A stretch of 64,000 bases of DNA from Nitrospirota bacterium (GTDB lineage: Bacteria > Nitrospirota > Nitrospiria > Nitrospirales > Nitrospiraceae): positions 128,001 to 192,000 of the forward strand of contig CAVPBK010000004.1 in assembly GCA_963701855.1 (NCBI GenBank), in the 5' to 3' direction. The notes under the pieces were generated by a model. It saw only the letters and a list, made by a program, of their open reading frames with translations, searched no databases and was not told the origin of the DNA. A program made the position numbers and the translations under genes. Positions 13,625-23,256 of this stretch are shown piece by piece. Each line of letters begins with the position of its first letter. The first letter of the stretch is position 1.

Positions 13625-14473
13625 ATGACTCCTTCACCAAAGTATCAGGCAGGGAAACTGTCCTACAGTCGTGTGCTTCTGCCGGCCCTGCTCTGTGTAG
13701 CCGGCACCGCCTGCAGCATGACCGCCCCGACCGGAACAATCCTCTTTGAGGACGCTCGTGGATCCGTGTCGCTGCAGACGATTGCTGACCCATTGATTCA
13801 GGCCAGTCATCCGATCAATCTGGAACCAGCCCTTCTCGCCCAGCTATTGACAGGCTTAGAGATTCATGAAAAAGGGATTGGGCCCCATCGTCTTATTGTC
13901 GAGGGCTTTGCAGGACAGCCATCTACCTACCCTCTCTTCTCGAAAGATCAGATCCAGTTCCTCGCTCCACTGCTTGCGGAGGGCTTGCGTACGGCAACCG
14001 CCAATCAGTCTATCGAGTATCGTGTGGTGACGACGCAGGAAGGTTCGAATAGATTTCAATCACCGACCACGGAAACAACCGCCGGGTCTCTCTATGCCCA
14101 TGGCCGACAGCTGTACGTGATCCTCTCTCAATATCGCTACAACCCGATGCGGACGAACCTGAACATGGGCGATATCACTTACCGATCACAGGAACCACTC
14201 GATTATTCAGGCCTCAGGTACCGTACGCTGTGGTTCACTCCGAAAGCCGCGCTCCGAACCGATAGCCCGAATCCGCCGACCAAGGAAAAGTCGACCGACA
14301 GGTTTGTTGCCATCGAGTATCAGCTACTGGACCACGCGTCGCTAGAAGCAGCTCGTGCGGCCGAAGCCCGGGCTCGCTCCACAGAGGCCTTGGCTCAGGA
14401 GGTGGAAGCCCTCAAGCAGGAACTGGAATCCATGAAAAAACAACTCGGCAGCCAGAATCAGCAGCAAAAATGA
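13625..14473 (+). CDS. Hypothetical lipoprotein, paralog 2
   Basis: LLCVAGTAC lipobox-like motif; shares EPALLAQLLTG, EGSNRFQSPTTETT and FTPKAALR with paralog 1. Confidence 0.8.
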   Translation: MTPSPKYQAGKLSYSRVLLPALLCVAGTACSMTAPTGTILFEDARGSVSLQTIADPLIQASHPINLEPALLAQLLTGLEIHEKGIGPHRLIVEGFAGQPSTYPLFSKDQIQFLAPLLAEGLRTATANQSIEYRVVTTQEGSNRFQSPTTETTAGSLYAHGRQLYVILSQYRYNPMRTNLNMGDITYRSQEPLDYSGLRYRTLWFTPKAALRTDSPNPPTKEKSTDRFVAIEYQLLDHASLEAARAAEARARSTEALAQEVEALKQELESMKKQLGSQNQQQK

Positions 14474-14504
14474 AGGCTGAGATCCGGGGCTGAATGGGGT
14501 AAGG

Positions 14505-14544
14505 CCGAAGGTCGGAGTCTGGCTTTTCGAAACCTTCAGGCCTA
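14505..14544. repeat. GGCTGAAGG-family element, inverted copy
   Basis: Reverse complement reads TAGGCCTGAAGGTTTCGAAAAGCCAGACTCCGACCTTCGG; overlaps the nadE stop codon. Confidence 0.7.
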
Positions 14545-16317
14545 CGAATTCCGGTAGCCGTTCGTGATCGGCATTCGTCGATCCTTCCCCAAGGCCCTGT
14601 GAGTGATCTTGATGCCGATCGGCGCCTGCCGGCGCTTGTACTCGCTGCCATCCACCATCGTCATGACCCGCGCCACCGTGGCGCGGTCGTACCCCGCTTC
14701 GACGATCTCTTCGAGAGACCGGTCTTCTTCCACATAGGCCTGGAGAATGGGATCGAGAATCTCGTAGGGCGGCAACGAGTCTTGATCCTTTTGATTGGGC
14801 CTCAACTCGGCAGTCGGCGGCCGATCGAGCGTCCGTTTGGGAATCACGAGGGTTGCGCCACGGAGGTTACGGAGCCGCGCCAGGTCATACACCATCGTCT
14901 TGGGCACGTCTTTGATTACGGCAAATCCGCCGGCCATATCACCATATAATGTGGCGTATCCCACGCTCATCTCGCTCTTGTTGCCGGTGGTGAGCACTAG
15001 ATGGCCGAATTTATTGGAGAAGGCCATGAGAAGATTGCCCCGGATGCGGGCCTGGAGGTTCTCTTCCGTCGTATCAGGCGCATGCCCCTCAAATGTCTCT
15101 GCAAGCGCCTGCCGATAGCGGTCGAACAGCGCCGTGATGGGAATCGTTCGGACGGAGATCCCGAGTCGTGTCCCCAATTCGGCAACATCGTCGTGACTGT
15201 CTTGCGACGTATAGGGCGACGGCATGAACAGACCCCACACGTTTTCGGCGCCGAGCGCATCGACGGCGAGCACAGCAGTCAGCGCCGAGTCCACTCCGCC
15301 GCTTAGGCCGATCACCACACGTGTAAATCCGTTTTTCCTCACGTAGTCGCGCACCCCCAGCGTGAGAGCCCGATAGACTTCCTCCAGCTGCTCCAAGACC
15401 GATGCCACATCGGGGACTGCGCGCACCCGCGTTTTTTGAACCGATGGAAGCGGCGCAGCGCAGACCTCCACCGCAGAGGCAACGCGCCGCGGCAAGAGCT
15501 TTTTCCGGCCGGTTCGTCTCGCCCGCGCAACCGCCTCCATATTGAGGTCGGCGACGATCAGATCTTCTTCAAAGGCTTTCCCCCGCGCAATCACCTCACC
15601 CTGGTGATTGAGAATCACACTGCTCCCATCGAAGACCAGTTCATCCTGACCGCCGACCGCGTTGGTATAGGTGAGCACCACCCCGTTTTCTCTCGCGCGG
15701 GTCGCCAACATCTGTTCGCGTACCAGGCTCTTGCCCAGATGAAACGGCGAGGCATTGATATTCACGATCACTTCGGCGCCTGCTGCCGCCTGCAAACCGG
15801 TCGGACCATCCGGCAACCAAACATCTTCGCAAATGTTGACGCCGACCACTGTGCCACGCAGACGAATAAGCGGCAGCCGCCGGCCTGGATGAAAATAGCG
15901 GCTCTCGTCGAACACACCGTAGTTCGGCAGGTACCACTTGCAATAGGTCGTGATGAGTTTTTGATCTGCGATGACCGCCGCCGCGTTGTAGAGTTCGTGT
16001 GCGCCGGCCTGCACCACCGATGAGCGAGCCGGTTTCGGATCTATTCCGTCGCTCTGGCTGACGTAGCCCACCACCGCGGCAAAGCCCCGACAGTGGCGGA
16101 CGACTTCCTGGAGCGCGCGGCGGTTGTCCGCGACAAAACGTGGCTTTAACAAGAGATCTTCAGGCGGATAGCCGGTGATCGCCAGCTCCGGGAATGCGAC
16201 CAAGTCGGCCTTCGCCTTCTTCGCCTCTCGCAGCCAAGCCGAGATCCGACGGACGTTCCCATCCAGATCCCCGACCGTCGGATTCATCTGCGCCATGGCG
16301 ATACGAAAAGTACGCAT
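14542..16317 (-). CDS. nadE: Glutamine-dependent NAD+ synthetase
   Basis: Nitrilase-like domain (FPEL, LPNYGVFDE, ICED) plus synthetase domain (GLSGGVDS, ENLQARIR, TGNKSE, SEYKRRQ). Confidence 0.96.
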   Translation of the reverse strand: MRTFRIAMAQMNPTVGDLDGNVRRISAWLREAKKAKADLVAFPELAITGYPPEDLLLKPRFVADNRRALQEVVRHCRGFAAVVGYVSQSDGIDPKPARSSVVQAGAHELYNAAAVIADQKLITTYCKWYLPNYGVFDESRYFHPGRRLPLIRLRGTVVGVNICEDVWLPDGPTGLQAAAGAEVIVNINASPFHLGKSLVREQMLATRARENGVVLTYTNAVGGQDELVFDGSSVILNHQGEVIARGKAFEEDLIVADLNMEAVARARRTGRKKLLPRRVASAVEVCAAPLPSVQKTRVRAVPDVASVLEQLEEVYRALTLGVRDYVRKNGFTRVVIGLSGGVDSALTAVLAVDALGAENVWGLFMPSPYTSQDSHDDVAELGTRLGISVRTIPITALFDRYRQALAETFEGHAPDTTEENLQARIRGNLLMAFSNKFGHLVLTTGNKSEMSVGYATLYGDMAGGFAVIKDVPKTMVYDLARLRNLRGATLVIPKRTLDRPPTAELRPNQKDQDSLPPYEILDPILQAYVEEDRSLEEIVEAGYDRATVARVMTMVDGSEYKRRQAPIGIKITHRALGKDRRMPITNGYRNS

Positions 16318-16424
16318 AGGACTTCACACCATCATGCAGGCGATCGAAGTTCCGCTGTGCACACAATAGGTTTTCTGCAGACTGTCAGATCCACAGCTTC
16401 AGAGGACTTCCTCATAGACCAAAC

Positions 16425-17690
16425 CTACCCACGCTGTTTTTCAGCCCGTTGGTCGAGCTCTCCGGCTAAGAGCACGGCTTCGGCTATCTCGCGCATTGAC
16501 TTCCTGAAATCCATACTTTGCCGCTGAATGAGTTTGAAGGCCTCTTCTTCAGTCAGCTTCTTCGAGCGCATCAGGTAGCCCTTGGCCCGTTCCATGAGCT
16601 TCCGAAGCGCCAGCGCTTCCTGCATCTCATGGGATTTCTCAATCAGAGTCGTATGCTCGATGGCAATGGCGGCCTGATTGGCGATGGCCTGGAGCAATTT
16701 GACCTCTTCGCTGGTGAACACGTGCGGAGCGGACGTATAGCTATTGATCACGCCCAACGCCTTATCCCGCACCATCATCGGTACCGAAAGCAATGAGCAC
16801 AGTCCTTCCTTCTTGGCCATATCCGGATACATATAGTCTCGCTCTAGGGAGACGTCGAGCACGATAATCGGCCGGCGGTCTTTCACGGCACGGCCACAGA
16901 TACTCTGCCCAACCTTGAGGTTCGGCTTGCGGCGATACTGTTCGCTGAGGCTTTGCGTCGCCGCAATCCGCAGTTCCCCGCTGGCCTCCTCCAAGAGCAT
17001 AATCGAGCAGATCTTGGAGTTCATCATTTGCGCGGTCATCGTCACCAGGAGTTCAAGCACGTCTTTGATCAACCGATTGGACGCCACTGTTTCTGAGACC
17101 TGCGACAACATTTCCACTTGCAAGGCTTTGCGTTGCATTTGATCGTAGAGCCGCGCATTCTCGATCGCTCCTCCGACTTGATTGGCGATCGTCGAGAGTA
17201 ATGCGATCTCATTGGGTTGATAGCGCTTTAGGCGCTTATGCTGGACGTTGATTACGCCGACCACTTCCTTTTTCGCCATGATCGGTACGGAGACAAAGGC
17301 TTGGTAGCGGTCTTCTGGAAGGTTGTGAAAGAACTTGAAACGTGGATCATCGCTCGCATTACTCGGAATCACGACGCGCATCCGTTCCTGAGCGACCCAC
17401 CCGGTGATGCCTTCTCCCAAACCGATTGTGATGCGGCCAATCAATTTCGGGTGAGGGTTTTTCGAAGCTCGTAGAATGAGTTCGTCCTGGCTATCCGACA
17501 AAAGATACAGGAGGCAGGCATCCGCTTTGGTGACTTCGACGACAACCTCGACGATATGCTTGAGAATGGCTTCGAGATCCAGTTGGTTGCTGATCGACGC
17601 AGAAATCCGATGGAGCACATCGACTTCGCGTGTTTTTTCGCGCAAGGCCTGTTGGAGATACGCAACAGATGGCGTGCGTTTGGTGGTCAT
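16425..17690 (-). CDS. GAF-GAF-ANTAR RNA-binding regulator
   Basis: Two GAF domains and a C-terminal ANTAR signature RKLMERAKGYLM...LTEEEAFKLIQRQSMDFRKSMREIAEAV. Confidence 0.92.
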   Translation of the reverse strand: MTTKRTPSVAYLQQALREKTREVDVLHRISASISNQLDLEAILKHIVEVVVEVTKADACLLYLLSDSQDELILRASKNPHPKLIGRITIGLGEGITGWVAQERMRVVIPSNASDDPRFKFFHNLPEDRYQAFVSVPIMAKKEVVGVINVQHKRLKRYQPNEIALLSTIANQVGGAIENARLYDQMQRKALQVEMLSQVSETVASNRLIKDVLELLVTMTAQMMNSKICSIMLLEEASGELRIAATQSLSEQYRRKPNLKVGQSICGRAVKDRRPIIVLDVSLERDYMYPDMAKKEGLCSLLSVPMMVRDKALGVINSYTSAPHVFTSEEVKLLQAIANQAAIAIEHTTLIEKSHEMQEALALRKLMERAKGYLMRSKKLTEEEAFKLIQRQSMDFRKSMREIAEAVLLAGELDQRAEKQRG

Positions 17691-17717
17691 TGAGATTTAC
17701 CTTTGTGTAGGATCCCT

Positions 17718-18866
17718 TCAACGGACAGGATGCTTGCCTGACCGGCGGCCACTCAACGTTCGGTTCCCACGGACGTGTTTGCGCTTAAACCACGCAGCAC
17801 AAACCTGCTGCTCGATCGGCTGAATAACCACTTCCCCAATCCGCACTGGCCATACCCCGATCACCTGCCCCCCGATTACCTTCTTGTCATGTTGCATGGC
17901 GCCCCAGAGAGAGCTAAAGGATGCCTGTGAAACCTGTTCGGATAACCCGGCACGCTGCACCAAAATTTCGATCCGTTCGACAACATCTCTTCCACACAAG
18001 CCCATATGGCAAGCCAAATCCGCCTCCTGCACCAATCCAACCCCAACCGCTTCGCCATGAATCAACCCACGATAGCCTGAGAGTGACTCCAATGCATGTC
18101 CGATTGTGTGGCCGTAATTGAGAATGCGTCGGCGGTTCGACTCCCGCTCGTCCGAGGCAACCACATGCGCTTTGATTTCACAAGATCGTTTGATCGCGTG
18201 GATAACCGGCACTTCATCGAGTTTCAACAGCGCAGGAATCTCCCGCTCCAGAAAGGCGAAGAATTCTTCATCGGCGATTATGCCGTATTTAATCACTTCG
18301 GCAAGACCCGCAATCCACTCGCGACGTGGCAGGGTGCGTAGCGTGAGGGGATCGATCAATACCGCACGCGGCTGGTAAAACGCCCCGATAAGATTCTTTC
18401 CCAGCCGATGGTCTACGCCGGTCTTGCCCCCGACACTGGAATCTACTTGAGCCACAAGTGTGGTCGGCACTTGCACGAACGGAATTCCCCGTTGATAGAT
18501 TGCAGCCGCAAATCCGGTGACATCACCGATGACTCCGCCACCGAGAGCCAGCAACAGGGACTGACGTTCAAACTTGTGTCTGGCTAGCACATCGAGGATC
18601 CTGGCGATTGTGCCGAGCGTCTTTGTTCGCTCTCCCGGCGGCAGGATAATCGGAGTCGGATCATAGCCCGCCTTGCAAAGTGAGCGGAGAGTCCCGTGAA
18701 GATAACGGCTTGCCACATGCGTATCTGTGACCACCCCGATCTTCGGAGAAGCGGTAAGGGAACTAAGCCTATCACCCACTGTCGCTAGTACCCCAGGATA
18801 AAGGACGATGTCGTAGCTTCGCTCCCCCAAGTTCACCGGAACAATTTGTTCTGCCACACCAGCCAT
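17718..18866 (-). CDS. aroB: 3-dehydroquinate synthase
   Basis: LGGGVIGD, VPTTLVAQVDSSVGGKTG, LNYGHTIGHALE and HGEAV motifs. Confidence 0.96.
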   Translation of the reverse strand: MAGVAEQIVPVNLGERSYDIVLYPGVLATVGDRLSSLTASPKIGVVTDTHVASRYLHGTLRSLCKAGYDPTPIILPPGERTKTLGTIARILDVLARHKFERQSLLLALGGGVIGDVTGFAAAIYQRGIPFVQVPTTLVAQVDSSVGGKTGVDHRLGKNLIGAFYQPRAVLIDPLTLRTLPRREWIAGLAEVIKYGIIADEEFFAFLEREIPALLKLDEVPVIHAIKRSCEIKAHVVASDERESNRRRILNYGHTIGHALESLSGYRGLIHGEAVGVGLVQEADLACHMGLCGRDVVERIEILVQRAGLSEQVSQASFSSLWGAMQHDKKVIGGQVIGVWPVRIGEVVIQPIEQQVCAAWFKRKHVRGNRTLSGRRSGKHPVR

Positions 18867-19254
18867 GCTCAACGACGGTCTCTACTGACGAAACATACCA
18901 GCTGCCAATCCGATTCTGTTTGATTGCGAAGATCTAGATTCACGAACAACTTCGCTCACGGTGATAATGAGTTGCGATGGCTGACATCGCGCAGGATGGT
19001 ACCACAACGGCTCGGGAACTAGAAGGTTTTCAGGTAGGCCTCCGAGCCAAAAGATCGTATTTACAGCCTCGGAAGCACCTGGTTTAGATTTACTGAGGCT
19101 CCGCGCAAGCTGAGGGGAGTAGTATTACAACCTGATCATGTCAGAGATACGCAGCGGACTGGAGGGTATGCATTGGAGGGTCGCGACGACGCATCAACCG
19201 CGAAAACTCACCATACTTGAGTTCCCCGTCAATGAAGAGTTCAAACGTTCACTT

Positions 19255-19470
19255 CTAACAGGCTGCGACCAACTATATGGACACGCCAACCTTCACTGGT
19301 TCACATGAATGGCATAACATGAGAGCACCGCGCAGGATAGCCGAGCAAGAATGGATGGATATGCGACACGAGGCTGAATCCAATCTATCCATGTCACACC
19401 ATTCGCACCTGCCTCGAGATTCACGCGCCATGCGCTATGACCCTGGCGGACTTTGTCAGCATCCTGCTAG
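19255..19470. mobile_element. Possible degenerate MITE-like element
   Basis: Imperfect terminal inverted repeats CTAACAGGCTGC-GACCAAC (19255-19273) and rc CTAGCAGGATGCTGACAAAG (19451-19470), about 15/20 identical. Confidence 0.35.
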
Positions 19471-21413
19471 CTGGTCTTGACAATATTGGGCGTCAAGAAG
19501 ATGAGCAGCTCTTGTTTCGCTACAGCCTCGGTCTTCGACTTGAAAAGCCATCCCAAAACCGGCACGCGAGAGAGGTAGGGGATACCAGCTACGCTGTTGC
19601 TCTGCGTATCGATAAAGACCCCGCCGATCACCATGGTCTCGCCATCGCGAACATTGACCTGAGTAGTGGCTTCTTTGCGGTCGATGCTTGGACCAGCCGG
19701 ATTGCTTCGTGCACCGACTGAATTTTTCGTTGCGCGAACCTTCATCATAATCAGCTTACCGGTTTCCTTGGGGTCTCGCGAGGTAATCTGAGGAGTCACG
19801 TTCAGTTCCAAGTTCGCATCCACAAAGGTCGTCTGAGTTCCCTGGAGAGAGGTCGTCTGGAATGGGATCGACTCTCCCTGTGAAATCTTGGCCTCTCGCT
19901 TGTCCAAAGTTGTGACCTTCGGCGAGGCTATGACTTTAGTCAGACCAAGTAACTCACCTGCCGACAACCGTACATCCAACAGCGCTCCATCTGTTTTTCC
20001 AATCGTGAACCCGACACCAGGAGTCGACGTCAAGCCACCGACTGTGGCGGGAAGATTGACCAGAAAATCAGATGCTTGATGTCCAAATGGTCCGACAACG
20101 CCTGACCTGAAGTTCGCCACCCCAGTGCCTGCAAGCTGGTTCAGATTCTGAATACCCCACTGAACCCCTAGCGAACGTGTATAGGTTGTGTCAGCCTGCA
20201 CAATCCTCGCTTCGATTTGGACTTGAGGCACTTCGAGATCGAGCCCATCAATGAGTTGTTTTATCACCCCCATCTGGTTTTCCGTATCCCGGGCGATCAA
20301 GGCATTGGACCCCACGCTCATTTGCATCAACCCTCTCGGGCTCAAGTACTGCCGAAGCGATGTCATGAGTTCTTGCGCTTGCAGGTTTCTAATATAGAAC
20401 ACCCGCTCGACCAGTGGTTCTGCTCTCACCTTGGCATCTAACGCCTGCGCCGCTTCAGTCTGTTGTTTAGCAATGTTCGCCAACGAATCGATCCAAAGGA
20501 TATTACTCTGCCGAATCTTGCCTAACCCATTCATCTGCAAAATCATATCGAGCGCCTGATCCCAGGGCACACTCACGAGTTTCATCGTGACCTTGTTCTT
20601 GACCCCTTCACCGATAACCATGTTAAACCCACTCACTTCGGCAATGAGGCGCAGCACATTACTGATGTCAGCCTGCTGGAAATCGAGCGAGATACGCCGG
20701 CCAACATAACGCGTTTCCCCAACAATCAAATCTTCCGTTGGCAGGCTTTTCGTACCGCTATCCGCCTCGGAGGTCATCTGGACAGATTGCACATGAAATT
20801 TCGTTGAAGACCGATGAACCGCAGCCATTGCCCGCTGGGCCGCCCGGGAAGTGGCATCCGCCTGAACCGGAAGCATCACAGAGTTTTCTGACGTAATGTT
20901 TTTGACCGCCTCGCCACGATACGAGTCCGTATTGGCAACCATATCCGTACCGGCGCCTTCTCGAAGCGTCACAATAAGATTCGTGCCTTGTGGTTCAACC
21001 GAGTAGGTAGCTGAACCGGCAAGATCCAATACCAGCCGTACTCTATCAGCATGATAGCCCAGACGCACTCGCTTCAACATCTGATGATTTACCAATATGA
21101 CTGGCTTGCGTACGACTGAAGCCACGCCTGGAATGTCGATCATGAGGCGCCGCTCATCAAGACGCCTCACCTCGTGGGTGAGCCTCCCGTCCCCCGAGAT
21201 GACGACACGGATGTCGTCCGTGCCGCGCTGAACATCTATGCCGGTCAGGGTCTGCGCCAGACCTCTCTCGACGCTCGATGACGTGCCTGAATCGACAGCA
21301 GATACGTCAGTCGATGCCCCTATAGCCGGTATGGCCATCGAAACACTAAGCGCTCCCACCGCTGAGAGTACGCGAACAAATACTGCAGTTGTCTTAGTCA
21401 GCTTAGGTGTCAT
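19467..21413 (-). CDS. pilQ: Type IV pilus secretin with AMIN domain
   Basis: RISLDFQQADI, VPWDQALD, QVQIEARIV and ELLIFLTP motifs. Confidence 0.95.
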   Translation of the reverse strand: MTPKLTKTTAVFVRVLSAVGALSVSMAIPAIGASTDVSAVDSGTSSSVERGLAQTLTGIDVQRGTDDIRVVISGDGRLTHEVRRLDERRLMIDIPGVASVVRKPVILVNHQMLKRVRLGYHADRVRLVLDLAGSATYSVEPQGTNLIVTLREGAGTDMVANTDSYRGEAVKNITSENSVMLPVQADATSRAAQRAMAAVHRSSTKFHVQSVQMTSEADSGTKSLPTEDLIVGETRYVGRRISLDFQQADISNVLRLIAEVSGFNMVIGEGVKNKVTMKLVSVPWDQALDMILQMNGLGKIRQSNILWIDSLANIAKQQTEAAQALDAKVRAEPLVERVFYIRNLQAQELMTSLRQYLSPRGLMQMSVGSNALIARDTENQMGVIKQLIDGLDLEVPQVQIEARIVQADTTYTRSLGVQWGIQNLNQLAGTGVANFRSGVVGPFGHQASDFLVNLPATVGGLTSTPGVGFTIGKTDGALLDVRLSAGELLGLTKVIASPKVTTLDKREAKISQGESIPFQTTSLQGTQTTFVDANLELNVTPQITSRDPKETGKLIMMKVRATKNSVGARSNPAGPSIDRKEATTQVNVRDGETMVIGGVFIDTQSNSVAGIPYLSRVPVLGWLFKSKTEAVAKQELLIFLTPNIVKTS

Positions 21414-22009
21414 TCTGCGCCTTCTTTCGGGTGAAGGAGCTTGACGTACTCTCGCTCCTGTTTACTCCCATACACATCTGTAAACCGTTCTTGCACCACA
21501 ATCCCTTTCTCCGTCACGGCACTCACCACACCATTATTGGGGCCGATACGCGTTCCCCGACGCACCGTATACCCATTTCCATCTGGGGTCTGAACCATGG
21601 CCGTATAGCCGTAGCCCCCCCATATCACAGCAATCAGGTTCATCTCAGTGAGCCCAACGCGCTGGAGCGGGGGTAACGTGGGATCAATCGGCCCGAGCCC
21701 CAACTGTTGTAACACTGGCACGAACGGATCGCGCCGCCCAGAAGGGTCATAGGTATGTGTGCTCACTGGCTCCACCATTAAATTGGGTACGACTGGCTGA
21801 ACATTCCCATCGCCAGCTGCCGGAGCCAGCGCTGGAGACGGTACGTGTCTCGGCACATCACTGAGAGAAGGTACTTTTAAGGAATCCTGCCGCATTGGGC
21901 TAATTTGCTGGATATGAGAACTTATACCTGTCTCAGCAAAGCCCAGGCCAGCTGTGACAAACAGACCGACACATCCAATCAGAATCATGCTTGTTATCTT
22001 CATGGTCAA
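21410..22009 (-). CDS. pilP: Type IV pilus assembly protein PilP
   Basis: YDPSGRRDPF and AMVQTPDGNGYTVRRGTRIG motifs; operon position. Confidence 0.88.
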   Translation of the reverse strand: MTMKITSMILIGCVGLFVTAGLGFAETGISSHIQQISPMRQDSLKVPSLSDVPRHVPSPALAPAAGDGNVQPVVPNLMVEPVSTHTYDPSGRRDPFVPVLQQLGLGPIDPTLPPLQRVGLTEMNLIAVIWGGYGYTAMVQTPDGNGYTVRRGTRIGPNNGVVSAVTEKGIVVQERFTDVYGSKQEREYVKLLHPKEGAE

Positions 22010-22072
22010 CCGCCAGTTCTCACAGATGGCAATTCCCGCTCATGGCCTCGCACACATCTAAGACTCTGTTCC

Positions 22073-22699
22073 CTATTTCTTCTGAGGAATCGCCGGAGCT
22101 ACCGCAACCAGCTTAGGTTCCTCTGGTGCCGCATAGGCGATAAGTTCGAACACGGTCTGCGTAACAACCCGTCCCTTCTCAAACTTTGGAGCCCCCATCT
22201 TGAGGCCGGACACGGTCACAATCCGAGGCATCGCGTTGACTCGATCGAAAAATAAGGCTGCGGTATGGTAGCCACCGGAGACCTCTACGTTCACCGGCAT
22301 CCGCACAAAAAGTTTCGATGGATCTTCGCTCTTGGGACTCGGTTTCCACAGCTTAATGTCGAGCCCAAGGCGAATCCCCAAGTCTGACACCTGTTTAAGC
22401 AACATGATCGCCTCCTCTTCAGGCGGCAGCCGTTCTTTCTTTTTTGCAAGCTCAATCTCTAGTTGCTTACTCGCAGCAATGAGTTCATCAAGGTGCTTGA
22501 CTTTAATGGTCAACGTTTGAATCTGGCTGTCGAGGGCGCCAATCTCTCCCTGGAGCCCTGCAATCTCCGCAGACTTTGGTTCAGCTACATAGTAATAGAA
22601 GCCCACGATAATCCCGGCAAGAACCATTACAAGAAGCCCCACCTTCTGAACTAATGGGATTGATCGCAATAGGTCAAGATTAATAGCAGGCAGCTTCAT
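22073..22699 (-). CDS. pilO: Type IV pilus assembly protein PilO
   Basis: N-terminal TM, coiled coil, LP..EE and GGYH..ALFFDRV..MPRIV. Confidence 0.9.
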   Translation of the reverse strand: MKLPAINLDLLRSIPLVQKVGLLVMVLAGIIVGFYYYVAEPKSAEIAGLQGEIGALDSQIQTLTIKVKHLDELIAASKQLEIELAKKKERLPPEEEAIMLLKQVSDLGIRLGLDIKLWKPSPKSEDPSKLFVRMPVNVEVSGGYHTAALFFDRVNAMPRIVTVSGLKMGAPKFEKGRVVTQTVFELIAYAAPEEPKLVAVAPAIPQKK

Positions 22700-22704
22700 G
22701 ATGC

Positions 22705-23256
22705 TTACCCTTTAAGACGGAAACCAAGTTTAAACTGATAGATATTGAGTTGGCTCTCCACCGCAGCTTTACTTTCTTGTAGATTGATGTTCGAGAAATA
22801 GTCGGTACGGCGTAGGTTGTTCACGAATTCCACTACGTCATCGTTAGTCGCCGCACGACCCTCAAGATCGATCTCTTTCCCGGTAACCGCTACTCTCACT
22901 AGCCACACCTTCAGCGGCTCCAGGCTCTGACTGACATGGTCGAGCACCTTGACAGGGCCGCCACGTGACTTCTCCAATTCGTCGATGATACGATTTTTGT
23001 CTTCCAGTACTTTCTTTCTGATTTCAAAATCAGAAACCTGCTTCACTTGTTCCTTCAGCTGCGCGACCTGCTTCTCCCTGTCGAGTTTTTCAACCTGCCG
23101 CGCGTTTATCTCGTCATCGAGTGAAGCCGAGTACCACCAGCATCCCGCCAGGGTAATGAACAAGATTCCCACACCCAACAGGAACTGTGCTCTGATATCA
23201 TACTGAGGCTTCGACTTATGCCCTTTAGGCCCCGGCAATAAATTAATGCGAATCAT
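22705..23256 (-). CDS. pilN: Type IV pilus assembly protein PilN
   Basis: MIRINLLP motif followed by TM and coiled coil. Confidence 0.92.
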   Translation of the reverse strand: MIRINLLPGPKGHKSKPQYDIRAQFLLGVGILFITLAGCWWYSASLDDEINARQVEKLDREKQVAQLKEQVKQVSDFEIRKKVLEDKNRIIDELEKSRGGPVKVLDHVSQSLEPLKVWLVRVAVTGKEIDLEGRAATNDDVVEFVNNLRRTDYFSNINLQESKAAVESQLNIYQFKLGFRLKG

